A stretch of DNA of 64,000 nt from Leptogorgia sarmentosa (lineage: Eukaryota), in the NCBI GenBank assembly GCA_964658305.1, contig OZ210885.1:18662001-18726000 (forward strand), read 5' to 3'. Shown one piece after another: positions 1 through 12,772 of this stretch; position 1 is the first letter of the stretch; every line of letters begins with the position of its first letter. The translations under genes and the position numbers were made by a program. The notes under the pieces are model-generated. The model worked only from the letters and a program-made list of their open reading frames with translations. It was not told where the DNA came from and did not search any database.

Positions 1-1034
1 TGTGAACTGGATCGGTGACTTTCTAAACAACAGATCGCAGAGAGTCAAGTTGGCCAACGACTGTTTCTCCGAATGGAAATTAGTACCTGCTGGAGTGCCG
101 CAAGGGACTAAACTGGGCCCCTGGCTTTTCCTAATAATGATTGAGGACCTAGAAATACCATCGTCGGACGGCCTGGTTAAATTTGTTGATGACACGACGG
201 CGTACGAGATTATTCCTAGAGACCAAACCAGCTCAGCACAAAAGCTTGTAGATGAGGTTGTCACTTGGTCATCTGTAAACAAATTCCAACTACACCCAAA
301 GAAGTGCAAAGAGATGAGAATATCATTTTCGAGATCAATCTCCGAATACGACGATCTTCTGATTGATTCAAACATTATCGAAACAGTTAATTCACTTAAA
401 CTTCTTGGAGTAACACTCAGTAAAGATCTAAGATGGAATATACACATTGATTCAGTAATCAAAAAAACATCTAAAAGACTATATTTTATCTCCCAACTAA
501 AACGTGCCAAAGTATTTCCTGAAGACCTGTCCAACTTTTATGTCGCGTGTATACGTTCTGTTCTTCTTTATGCTTCTCAAGTCTATCACTACAATCTGCC
601 TGAGTACCTAAGTAAATCCTTAGAACAAATCCAAAAGCGGGCGATGAAGATTATTTATGGATACGATACTCCGTATAATTCCGCCCTTGAGCAAGCGGGA
701 ATCAATAAACTCTCCGACTGCAGACAACATCTATGTGATAAGTTTTTTAATAATGTAATCACGAATCCTGCTGATCGACTCTATGACCTTGAACGAAAAC
801 CAAACCAACTATCTCAGGAACTTAAGACCTTTTAGTATTCCAATATGTAAAACTAATCGATTTAAAAAATCGTTTTTAATATCTAGCTCTCTTCATTTTA
901 ACAAAAACATTTCTAGCAACTCTAATTTGAAAAATTTTAAATAGCAGACTAGTAATTATCTTTGTAAATATTCTAATTCCTTAATAATTCAGCTTAATAG
1001 CTGCAAAAGGCCTTTCTTATTAAACAATCAATCA
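1..1034 (+). mobile_element. 3' end of a non-LTR retrotransposon (L2/CR1-like), RT C-terminal region
   Basis: ORF 2..835 has the LINE RT motifs GVPQGTKLGP, KFVDDTT and LGVTLSKDLRW; the frame breaks near the C-terminus; a short (caat)n tail lies at about 1024-1034. Confidence 0.85.
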
Positions 1035-3500
1035 AGATTATGATAAACGACGAAACCCAAGGGACGGTGAAAGGCGACATAATCGAGGTTACCACACAGG
1101 TAATCATGCTAGAAAATGTATCGTAGCGAGAAAGCTAAACGTCATCTAATGTTGGACCCTTGCTCGACTGGGTCATACATAACTGATAGCGCTGCTGAAG
1201 AGCTTCAGTTGAAAGGAGAGCGACAAAGCCTGACCATTTCAGGAACGGGTGGCACCAAGATACAGAAACAATCGAAACGTGTACAGTGTTCTGTGGGTTC
1301 CTTAAACAGCTTACTAATGTCCTTGATAATATTACAGGAAATACACTAGCAGTCGAATGGAGTACTCTGAAAAAGGATTGGCCCCATTTGACCTCAATTG
1401 CATTCGATCGAGTTTCCAGCCGTAAGCAAATCGACATGCTAATTGGAAGTGATCACCCTGCCTTCCACAAGGTTCTACGAGAAGTTAATGGCGAACACCC
1501 AAAAGACCCTATCGATCGACAAACACCCCTGGGGTAGGTGTACTTTGGTCCCACTTCCAAGAATGTTTTATCAATCAACACCCATGTCCACATATCCGCA
1601 CCTACCGAACTAGCCAGTTTGACGAGACGAATGAACTTTTGAGAAAATTCTGGGAACTTGATGCCATTGGGATTAAAGACAGTAGTATTCATGCAATGAC
1701 CAAGGACGAGACAAGAGCGATGGAAACAGCACAGTCAACTCAGGTATGCAAGAACGGTTGATAGGAGATTGGTATTGTAGTGAACAAAGGCTATTGTCTT
1801 TAATATGTAAATTTTTACTCAAATATGTGTAATATAAAAGGCACGCTGTATTAGTGTGCTAATGTTAGTCTTGTTGTTGTTGAAGTGAAAATACAGATCA
1901 GTAAAACATAAGAGTCGTTTGAGTCTTGTCCTTAATACGAGGCCAAATTTATAACAGTATACCATGAAGAGGGAGAACTGGAATTTAAAAATAACTTCGA
2001 GATGGCCTTCTCACAATTGTTGAATCTCGAAACGTCATTGTTGAAGAAGCCGGAAGTTGCGAAGACCTATTGTGACATAATCAACGACTACATGGATAAG
2101 GGGTATGTGGCGAAAGTGCCGTTGACAGATAACGAACAGTGGCTTTTACCCCATTTCGCTGTGGTGAATAATGCAAAGACGTCGATGAAGGTTCAAATCG
2201 TTTTCGATGCTGCCGCCAAACTGGATGGCAAGAGTTTTGTTTCCGGACCAAAGTTGCAACAGGAACTGGTTGACGTCCTGACTAGGTTTTCGAAGAGCAC
2301 CTGTAGCCCTGTCAGCCAACATTTCGCAAATGTTCCTGCAAGTTGGACTGGCGGAAAAAAGACCGTCCTTTTCATCGATTTTTATGGCAAGGACTTGACT
2401 TGTCCATGGAACCCGAGGTTTACGAGTTCGTGAGGTTACCCTTGGTAACACTGCATCGCCGTTCTGCGCGCAACATGTTCTGCCCAGAGGCCGCTGATAC
2501 GATGGACAATGCTATGTACACGTGGACGATGTGCTCAATTCGTGTGAGACGGTGAAGGAAGCCAAGGATCTCCGACAGCAAATGACAGGCCTCTTGTCTG
2601 AGGCAGGATTCGTGCTTAAGAAATGGATGTCGAACGAGGTTGAAGTCATCGAAGATGTCCCTCGCGAAGACCGCCTACTGGGTTTCGAAATTGACAGCGG
2701 CAACCTTCAACCTTGAAGACGTTAGGGGTTTCTTGGCAAGCCGACCGAGATACTTTCACCTTTCAAGTAAAACGTCCACCCCCATTGGAACTGCCGACGA
2801 AACGAAATGTGCTTAGCAGCGTTGCCAAGTTATTTGACCCGATGCAGTTCCTGTCACCATTTACTATCAGAGCGAAAATTCTAAAGATTTTGGATCGTAA
2901 AAGGCAGGTTGATGGTTCAAACAGTGGTCGCAAGTTGCCCCGAATGTCGACGACGATTTCTTGCGAAGCCTGTGGGTCAAAAGATGGCTCCCCTTACTAC
3001 GACAAGATTGACCTTACCGTTGAGAGCCTTCAAGAGAATCGGTACGGACTTTGCAGGACCGTTTTTTACCAGACAAGGACGAGGGAAGTCCCGAATGAAG
3101 CGATACCTTTGTCTATTTACGTGTTTGGAAACCGGAGCCGTGCATTTAAAGATTGCGTACTCGCTAGATACAGACTCATTCATACACGCATTCGTACGGA
3201 TGACTGCACAGAGGGGGATGCCTTCGTATGTGATTTATGATAACGGGATGAACTTTGTCGGTGCCGAGAAAGAGATGTGCAAAAAGATACGCGAATTAGA
3301 CGAAGAGAAAATAGTGAAGAAGACCACCCAACATCACAAAATCGAGTGGAAATTCAACCCACCGTCCTCCCCACATTTTGGGGGAGTATTTGAAAACATG
3401 ATAAAGAGCGCGAAGCGGGCCATTCAAGCCATCCTGGGAGACGCTGAGGTTACGAACGAGGAGTTGCATACGGCGATTTGTGGCGCTGAAGTGCTGCTCA
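1035..3500 (+). mobile_element. Degenerate, internally deleted BEL/Pao LTR retrotransposon (protease, RT, integrase fragments)
   Basis: Protease-like LDPCSTGSYIT; Pao RT motifs LPHFAV..QIVFDAAAK and VDD; KTLGVSW; integrase [23 protein letters not shown]; many stops and frameshifts; no LTRs seen. Confidence 0.85.
1776..1956. mobile_element. Solo LTR (181 bp) inserted in the BEL pol gene
   Basis: Begins TGTAG and ends TAACA; flanked by the 4-bp direct repeat GTAT (1772-1775, 1957-1960); removing it rejoins the BEL coding sequence EIG|IP. Confidence 0.8.
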
Positions 3501-3569
3501 ACAACATATTATATTCATTATTATATCAACCCATATTATTAAAAGTTACGACCATAAAACCGTAATAGT

Positions 3570-6463
3570 GAGTGAAATTGATCCAGCCCGAAACTCCAAT
3601 GCAACCGTGAAATGGCCTTTACTCGGTTAGAAAGGATTGAGAACAGTCTTGGGGCTAAGCCCACCTTCGTGCAGCAAGACTATATCAAAATACCATGAAG
3701 GCCTACGTGGAAAAAGGATATCTGAGAAAAGTCCTCCCTGGAGAGAAGCCACCACCCTCAGTCTGGTACCTGCCACATTTCGCTATCGTAAAAATGGACA
3801 AAACAACAACTAAAGTTAGAATAGTTTTTGACTGTTCCGCCAAGTACCAGGGTTATCATTAAATGATGCGATTCATCCAGAGCCAAACTGCAAACCGAGT
3901 TATTTGATGTCCTCATCCGTTTCCGTCAACACCCAATTGGCCTCGCCTGTGACATCAAGGAGATGTATCTCCAGATCGAGATAGAAGAGAAGGATCGTCC
4001 ATATTTCCGCATCCTTTGGCAAGACTACGAAAGCGACCGACAGCCCGAAGAGTACGAACTTATCTGTGTTGTTTTTGGAGAATTCAGCGCCAATGGTGGA
4101 ATCACAGTATGTGGCACAAGAAAATGTGCGGCCAAGAAAATGTACTGTGTGATGACCAACCAAGCCACCAAAACGTTAGGTCTGCCAAAAAGCACGTTTG
4201 GTGCGGCGGTTTATGCCCGTTATGAGTACGAGTCGCCGCATACTGCCACAAGTCGCCTCATCGCATCGAAAAGCAAAGTCGCGCCGTTAACACCAGAAAT
4301 CCAGTCGTCTTGTGATCCTGCTCAGTGGCAGCATGTACCGACGGATCAGAATCCGGCAGACTTAGTTTCACGAGGTGTAAGCACCAAAGAACTGCAAGCA
4401 AACAAGTTATGGTGGAATAGCCCGGATTGGCTAGTGAAAGCAGAAAACCATTGGCCCAAAGTTGATGTAAGTCCTCAAAAGGATAAGAAAGAGTGCACAA
4501 AATCAGTCGTTCATCTCAGTTGATTCACTCCCGTTGCTTGTGATAAGAACACAAAAGAATTGGAACAAGAATGGTGATTAAGCCCAACTCGCCATTCCTC
4601 CTGGATGCGATTGCTTCGTGTGCATGCTAGAGTGGTTAGAGTGATGTGCAACATGAAACCTGGGCACAAGATAGTTGGTGACGAACTTGGGCCTGAGGAA
4701 GTCCACGATGCGGAAGAAGACGTTATACGGCAAGCTTAGTACGAAGCCTTTCTGGAAGAATGCAAAGCGTTGCAGATTAAGAAACCAGTCCCTAGTAAGA
4801 GTCCGTTAGTCAAATTATGGCCAAAAATCGACGACCAGGGCATTATCCGCTTGGAAGGCAGGTTGATGTTCGCGGAATGTCTTCCCTATGACGTGAGATT
4901 TCCAGTGCTCCTGCCACGTGGACATTATGTGACCAAACTGATCGTGAAGTACTACCATGAATTATCCAACCATGCTGCCGGGACTAATTTCGTATTATCT
5001 CAAATTTCCCAACAATTTTGGATCATCGCCGCCCGGGAAGAGATACGTAGCTGGAAAAAAGAATGCAACCAGTGTCAGAAGATGAAAATGGGATTCGCTA
5101 GTCAAGTAATGGCACCCCTGCCACCAATCCACCTCCGATTCACTTTTCACCCCTTTGATCAATCTGCAGTTGACTACGCTGGGCCATTCGTGACGATTAG
5201 GGGGCGAAGTAGGCAAAAACGCTACCTCTGCCTATTCACGTGCGTTGCAACTAGAGCCATCCACCTAGAAATGGCGTGGAGTCTCGATACCGAAAGTTTC
5301 CTTAACGCGTTCACCCATTTCACATCCCGCCGAGGAGTGCCAAGAGAAATGATTAGTGACAACGGCACCAATTTTGTTGGTGCTGTAAATGAGTTGCGCG
5401 AGCTAGTAAACCAACTGGATCAAAACCAAATCAAACGCAGAACCACCAACCTATTCAACAAAGTGACATGGCACATTAACCCACCTGCAGCTCCACACTT
5501 CGGGGGAATCCACAAAGCGATGATGAAATCGGCAAAAAAAGCTATTTACACAATTTTAAGTAAGTGACGTGCGTGATGAAGAAATAATTACAGCCTTTAC
5601 TGCCGTCGAAAGTTTGCTCAACTCCCGCCCGCTGACCTACCAGTCCTCAGAATCACGGGATCTAATGCTGTTGACTCCAAACCACTTCCTACACAGGCAG
5701 ATGGTCGGTGAAGTAGCCCCCGAGTCGGTCGACGATACAACCTTCAACTTGCAGAATTGTTGGAGAAGAGTTCAGCAACTTATTTCTCCGGTATGGTCAC
5801 GATGGATGAAAGAATATTTGCCGACCTTAAACAGAGGACCAAAGTGGACGGACATAGTGAAGGACATGAAAAAAGGTGATATCGTTCTGAATTTCGAACC
5901 AATTCTCCCAAGAGGACGATGGCCATTAGGCCGTATTATTGAGACCTACCTAGGCAAAGATGGCCACACTCATGTGGCAAAAGCACAATGTGGGCAAAGG
6001 ACAGTTGTTCGACCTATACATAACCTTGTTCCACTACAGTCGCCGTGACAACGGACACGTTAAAACATTATATCGTAATTACAGTTGACATTTTGTTCTT
6101 AAGATGCTTCAGTACGCACTGACAATTGCCATCAGTGCGGGGAGGGGGGATGTTTTGAAGAATTGTAGTGTAGGAACCAGGCTAGGGTTAGCTGTGGAAA
6201 AACCGGAATAAACCGGTTTTTGGGTTTTGGGAACTTGATATTGTCGTGGGGAAAAGTTATAAAAGAACGTAATTTAATATCAACAAATTCGTTTAGAAAA
6301 TTCGTATTGTTCGGAACACTTACCTTAAGTTGAAGTTTGATTGTAATTCCATGAGTTATTGGACAAGGAAACTAAGGAGTCGCCCTCCCTCATTGTATTT
6401 GTTGATCAACAATTGTGAATGATTATTAGTGACTGAGCTTGTAATTTGCCCTCCCTATTAACA
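3570..6463 (+). mobile_element. Second degenerate BEL/Pao element, 3' part with PPT and 3' LTR
   Basis: WYLPHF..RIVFDCSAK, CDIKEMYLQI, WQHVPTDQNPADLVSRG, integrase DYAGP..SDNGTNFVGA and the C-terminal RGRWPLGRI domain; polypurine tract GGGGAGGGGGGA at 6139-6150; LTR TG(6151)..CA(6463). Confidence 0.85.
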
Positions 6464-6846
6464 TTTATGGTATGTGTTCTGTTGAAATCACCCGCTGCAT
6501 TGAAGACTGATGGCTCGATCTGCATGCGCATATCTCACATGACTCCTTAGTTTCCTTGTCCAATAACTCATAGAATTACAATCAAACTTCAACTTAAGGT
6601 AAGTCGCGTATAATTTTGGAGAGCGTATTCGCAGTAGGGAGTTCCAGGAAACAATTTGAGGAAACAGATACTTGGAGGCCATATACAAACACCATCAGAG
6701 AGCAGCATGTGCAGATGGTGGCAACGTTTGTCAAAGATCTTCCAAGATCTTCCAACAGAGAATGCAGAAACAACTAAGCATGATAAGACACTTGAGTTTA
6801 TGGCTACAAATGGAATCTGTCTACCTGGTACACCATACCTAGTGTA

Positions 6847-7883
6847 CAGGGGGTTGCCAAAAAAAAAGAGCCAGAAATAAAACAAGAAATAAACAAGGTT
6901 TATACAAGTCATATTCCTCATGTCGTAAAAAAAAGATTGCACGACAAATGAGATGTAGAGAAATAGTCCTATTTCACTCTAAGAACATAACATTTGATAA
7001 GCAATATGATATCCGCAACCTTTGATGATCTGTGGACTGCACCCAAGGATGTTCTAGACAAGTTTATGAACGTATTCATGGTTATTCTTCCAACCCTGAC
7101 TCCTCAAATAACTACTCCTCAATTCGAGGTGAACATTTCATATCTAGTCTTCTCTCCTGGCTCTGCAACAAATTCTCAATGGGATTGAGGTCTGGGCTTT
7201 GTGTTAGCAAAAGAACACTTCAATTTTCAATTAAAATTGATTCCTCAGATAATATTCCACGATACGAATCGTTCCTGGGAGTCCTTGCCATGCTGCCATA
7301 TTAAGTTATCTCCCTGGAGTAATCGGACTGAAGATTGTTTGAATTAAGTTCTTCGGTTTATTTTTGGCTGCGTTTTAGTCCATGGTGATATTTGGTTACA
7401 TATATGTGCGCTTTATTAGTGGCTGTGCGAGGTCAGCGATATTTGGGGGAGCATTCGATATTTGATAATCTCTTAACAGCCTCTCTCATCAAAAGCCTGT
7501 CTTCGTGAATCCTTGTCTTGTGCGGTGTTCCAGAACCTGGCATTCATCTAGCACTCTCACTTTCCTTCATACGACTTTTTTTGCCCAAGAATAGCTGAGT
7601 CTATATTCGTTGCTACTTTCCAAGCACTCGCGTCTAGCACGGGGTGAGTCCAATATTGAAGGTTTCTACGTATCTTCTTCTTAGCCCTTTCTACTCATTT
7701 GCTTCCTCGATGGCAACAGTTTCACACTGATTACAGCGAGATTGGCTGAAACCCATCACTTTTAGCACGAACTATTTGTTGAATGCTTGTGAGGCAATAT
7801 ATTTTATCCATACCGCATGTGCGTCTACATTTACACAAAGAGCCCTTTTTAAATACAGGGCTCTTTTTTTTGGCAACCCCCTG
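6847..7883 (-). mobile_element. Non-autonomous Tc1/mariner element, copy 1
   Basis: TIRs CAGGGGGTTGCCAAAAAAAA..GAGC at both ends; TA TSD on both sides; decayed transposase remnant (GSGTPHKTRIHEDRLLMR, resembling Tc1 GRPRKT..EDR). Confidence 0.85.
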
Positions 7884-8199
7884 TATTTGCACTTGAATTG
7901 TATTCAACATAGTGAGTTTGTAGAATTCATTGCAGTTTTGGGTTCTCCCGTGTCTATTGCGCCCAGCGGTGAACTCCCTAATGAAGTACAGGTTGTGGCT
8001 TGTGTTTCCTTGTACCTACTATTAAAGAGCACTATGCCAATGGGAAAAGAAAGCATAACAAAATTCCAACAAGCTTAATTGTAGATCAGACTATCTCCCT
8101 TGCTCGTTATAGTTATCGATTGGTGGATATGTTGCATTCTCCTCATGAGACGGAAGATCAGCATCTCAAGCAATTAGCATTAGGATGGATTGTCTTATA

Positions 8200-9237
8200 C
8201 AGGGGGTTGCCAAAAAAAAAGAGCACCCCTATTTAAAAAGGGCTTTTTCTGTAAATGTAGACGCACATGCGGTATGGATAAAATTGCCTCACAAGCATTC
8301 AACAAATAGTTCGTGCTAAAAGTGATGGGTTTTAGCCAATCTCACTGTAATCAGTGTGAAACTGTTGCCATCGAGGAAGCAAATGAGAAGAAAGGGCTAA
8401 GAAGAAGATAGGTAGAAACCTTCAATATTGGACTCAGCCTGTGCTAGACGCGAGTGCTTGGAAAGTAGCAGCGAATATAGACTCAGCTATTCTTAGGCAA
8501 AAAAAGTTGTATGAAGGAAAGTGAGAGTGCTGGATGAATGCCAGGTTCTGGAACACCGCACAAGACAAGGATTCACGAAGACAGGCTTTTGATGAGAGAG
8601 GCTGTTAAGAGATTATCAACTATCGAATGCTCGCCCAAATATCGCTGACCTCGCACAGCCACTAATAAAGCGCACATATATGTAACCAAATATCACCATG
8701 GACTAAAACGCCGCCTCGGCCAAAAATAAACCGAAAAATTTAATTCAAACAATCTTCAGTCCGATTACTCCATGGAGATCACTTAATATGGCAGCATGGC
8801 AAGCACTCCCAGGAACGATTCGTATTGTGTAATATTATCTGAAGAATCAATTTTAATTGAAAATTGAAGTGTTCTTTTGCTAACACAAAGCCCAGACCTC
8901 AATCCCATTGAGAATTTGTTGCGGAGCCAGGAGAGAAGACTAGATATGAAGTGTTCATCTCGAATTGAGGAGTAGTTATTTGAGGAGTCAGGGTTGGAAG
9001 AATAACAACCATGAATACGTTCATAAACTTGTCTAGAACATCCTTGGGTGCAGTCCACAGATCATCAAAGGTTGCAGATATCATATTGCTTACCAAATGT
9101 TGTGTTCGTAGAGTGAAATAGGACTATTTCTCTACATCTCATTTGTCGTGCAATCCTTTTTTTAAGGAATATGACTTGTATAAACCTTGTTTATTTCTGT
9201 GTGAGACAAGGGGGCTCTTTTTTTTGGCAACCCCCTG
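8200..9237 (+). mobile_element. Non-autonomous Tc1/mariner element, copy 2 (inverted relative to copy 1)
   Basis: Same TIRs and TA TSDs; the body is a close reverse complement of 6847-7883. Confidence 0.85.
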
Positions 9238-9497
9238 TACCTGCGACAGGCTTGTGGTATTTTTAACAAAGTAACAACCACACATGCTCAGTTACTGGAG
9301 ATGGATGAAATACTTTAATTATAGTAATATATATAATATATAATATATAATATATAGTAATTATATAATATATAATAATTTAATATTTTTCCCCAAGTCA
9401 TGTCAATGTCTTGAATGCTTTGAATGTAAAGAGATTGTCACATGTGCACAGAATAAAGCATCATCTGATGATCTAATTTGCTTATTGAAGCCTGTCA

Positions 9498-12143
9498 CAG
9501 GGGCAGATTCAGACAGGTTTAACAGGTTTATGTAAACCTGTCAGATTTTCCAGAGAAAGAAAATTCTGTATTATTATATTGTTTTGGCCTTAATTGAGGA
9601 CAATTTCTTTCACAAAAAGTGTGATATATAACTGACTACGTATGCTATTTAAATGCAGCATGAAATTTGACTAAACGGCAGCGCATTGGCGGATGTAAAC
9701 CGGTCATAAACCTGTGAATCAAGCAGTCTGAAAAAACTGGGTAAGATGGTTAACAGAACGCGAAATATGTTTATAATTTTGTGTGGCGGAATATTTGTGT
9801 TGGCAACTATGAATGAGGAAATGGTTTATATGACAAAGCTTTCGTGCATTTACATGGGTTCTTGTTTCTTTTAAAGGTTTGTTTAAAATTATATATTAAA
9901 TAATTGTGTTTATCTGTTCTGATGAGCATAACATACATCGATGCGTCAACGTTTCTTGTGAGCTAATATGTAAGTGACTAAGTGTACTTATAGCGTGAAA
10001 AATGCATATAGATTTGTATAGATTTGTGTGATTGTTGAGTCATTGTGTTGGCAACAGCGCATTAGGAAATGCGTGATTCTGACTAAGCAGTCCTTCCAGC
10101 TTAAATACAATTTTGTTCGGCTGTTTGCTCATTTAAATTTGGTTTGATAACATGTAGAACTGTCGATCTGAAATGTCAACTAAGTCTATATTGAAGCTAG
10201 CTGTACTTGTTTTACTGATAACTAATATCGATGCATCAAGAGCACTAAATTATATTCCATGGTGTCGTACCAATTATCATTCATGCCCCGCTACCGGATC
10301 AAATATTTTAATGGCAGAGCATTGTATTATTCTAATACGACTGCCAGCTATTCTACATTGTCTGTTACTCTTGCAACTTCTGGTGATGTTGAGAAAAATC
10401 CTGGCATTAATGGATCCAGGAGTGAAGACCAAGAGCCAAGCAATATTTCTCGTAAAAACGACCAGCCAGTGAAATGTCAACAGAAGAATTCAACCCCTAT
10501 GATATCGGAATATTTCGATTTCCAAACACTCGGCATTTGTCTAATGAACAGAAGTACGGCCTTTTTTTAAAGTGCTGGAAACCTGAACCATCGTACAATT
10601 TTCCTAAAACTGTTGAAGACAGAAATACGGGATTGTTTCAAGTATGAGTGGCTAGGAACATATCCTTCGTTACGCTATAGTCCAATGTATGATGGTGCGT
10701 TTTGCCTGCCCTGCGTTTTATTTGGAAACGACACAGTGTTCGAGAGGTAAGACAAACTTTTTAAAAGCCCGCTTAAATTGTGGACTAGTGCGGCAAGTAA
10801 GCTTTCTGCAAATGAGAAAAGATCCTCAAACATAAGAACAGCGTCACTGATTTACAGTTGTTCAAGGCTTCGATGCAGAACAAGAGAGGAAAAAAGAATA
10901 AAGGAAAACCGGGAAAGATTGTCCCCTATAGTAAAGTGTATTTTGCACTGTGGAAAAACTAACCAAGCACTTAGAGGTCATCGAGATGATTCGACTCAGG
11001 ATAGGGAACAACAGGGAAATTTCAAAGACCTTATAGAGGATAGAATCTGGAGATACCAAGTTAAAGGAGCATTTGGAAACCAGCCAGTAATAACCAGACA
11101 TATCTTTCCAAAACAACACAAAATCAACTAATCAGTGCCTAAATTTATTTGTGATACTATTTTGACAAATATCAATTATGGGTCCAGGTATTACAGCATA
11201 ATGGCAGATGAAGCAACTGATATCTCTAATAAAGAGCAACTCTCTATGGTAGTGAGATATGTAGATAACAGTAAAATCATTAGAGTCATTTATAGGCTTT
11301 TGTCCTCTTTCTGATGGTTGTACAGGAGTTGCTATAAAGAACGAGATTGTAAAACAAATTAAAGATTTTGGCTTAGATATTAACCTGTGTAGAGGTCAAG
11401 GGTATGATGGTGCAGGAGCAGTAGCTGGTATTCATAATGGAACAGCTGCTTTGATTAGATCAGAATATAGTAAAGCTATTTCTGTGCATTGTTCAAGCCA
11501 CAGATTGAATTTATGTGTTGCTGCATCTTGTTCAATTCAGATTGTACGTGAAATGATGGATAACTGTAAGTTTATTGCTGATTTCTTTGATTTGTCACCC
11601 AAACGACAAAAGTATTTAATTGAAAATGTAAAGACATATTTAACTGGGTCTAATCATTTTGTTTTTTAAAAAGACGTATGTAGAACAAGGTGGATTGAAT
11701 GAATAGATGGACTTGAAAGAACATTGGAACTTTATGTACCAATTATTAAATCTGTAAAAGGAATTCGGAATAACGTCAGAGGACCAATTTGGTGGAGAAG
11801 AGTTTGCCTTGCAAAAGTAAATTGGAAAATTTTATTTACTTTTATCAAGCTGACCTGTTTGTTAAACATTGTTTGCTCAGATAACACTTTGAAATAACAA
11901 CTTACTTATAATGTACGATGTATATATATATTAACTAAAATTTATTCTATTTTATTCCGCATTGAACAAGTTGTCAGATCCTCTAAGTCAAAGGGGCATT
12001 ATATTAAAAAAAGATTTGTTAAAAACATGCATTTTCATATTGCTGATACTGTCAAACTAATGCCCCCAAAACACAGGAAATGCTGTTTTAGAGCCCTAAT
12101 TCCCAAAAATTACCAGTCAGGTCTAACCCTGGATCCGCCGCTG
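9498..12143 (+). mobile_element. Degenerate hAT transposon (TTF-zinc-finger/DUF4371 type)
   Basis: Imperfect TIRs CAGGGGCAGATTCAG / CTGGATCCGCCGCTG; 5-bp flanking duplication TGTCA; motifs FCLPCVLF, ALRGHRDD, ADEATDISNKEQL, RGQGYDGA, VHCSSHRLNL and TRW; C-terminus deleted. Confidence 0.85.
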
Positions 12144-12772
12144 TGTCACTTGCAATGAGTGTGGCAAACATTTTGAAGATGAAGTTATTCTTGTATCTCA
12201 TTTGCCACTACATAGTAAGACAATTGATCCTGGTGAACTTTCATCTGCATACAAGAACCCAAAGAGGATGCGTGTTGCACAGCTTAAATGTGAGCTACAC
12301 AGGATGAATTAAGCTACAGAGGGCAAAAGGTTACATTTATTCGAAGACTTGAAAGTAGACTGGCTGGTGGATGCTAGGTAGCCAGCTATATAACTGTATA
12401 TGGTATAATAATTATTTTCATTTCCTGTACGTTATCGGTAACTATATACTTGTTGTACTAGTTCAATTTACACTGTAGTAGGATCATGAATTATAACTGT
12501 CCAAAGCATGCTTTTGTACATATGTAAATGAAGAAACCCTAATTTGATCATTTTGTGTATAATATTTTCGTAAAAAATTATCATACTTTAATCACAACAA
12601 TACAAGCAATTTGTCTCACATGATAGCACATACATTTTTTGACCAATTAATAGAGCACCATTCAAGTAAATTAAATGTAATTGTTGTTAGAAAAATATTT
12701 ATGCTACTGATCTGTTCATTAATATACAGCGTGTATCAGAGAAAAGTTTACTGGGGGAAATATTTCCTAAAC

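Larger units (their letters stand above)
6650..12377 (+). pseudogene. Fragmented transposase-like ORF with C-terminal C2H2 zinc finger and SAP domain, interrupted by two Tc1 copies and one hAT
   Basis: Coding-like pieces at 6650-6846, 7886-8199, 9240-9320, 9385-9497 and 12144-12377. Excising the inserts rejoins GWIVL|YLRQACG and LLKPV|TCNECGKHFEDEVILVSHLPLH (C-x2-C-x12-H-x3-H), followed by KRMRVAQLKCELHRMN*ATEGK (SAP-like). Confidence 0.6.

Noticed and set aside
6994..9096. Paired short ORFs (64/65 aa and 90/91 aa) as duplicated genes
   Set aside because: They are antisense frames of the two Tc1 copies.
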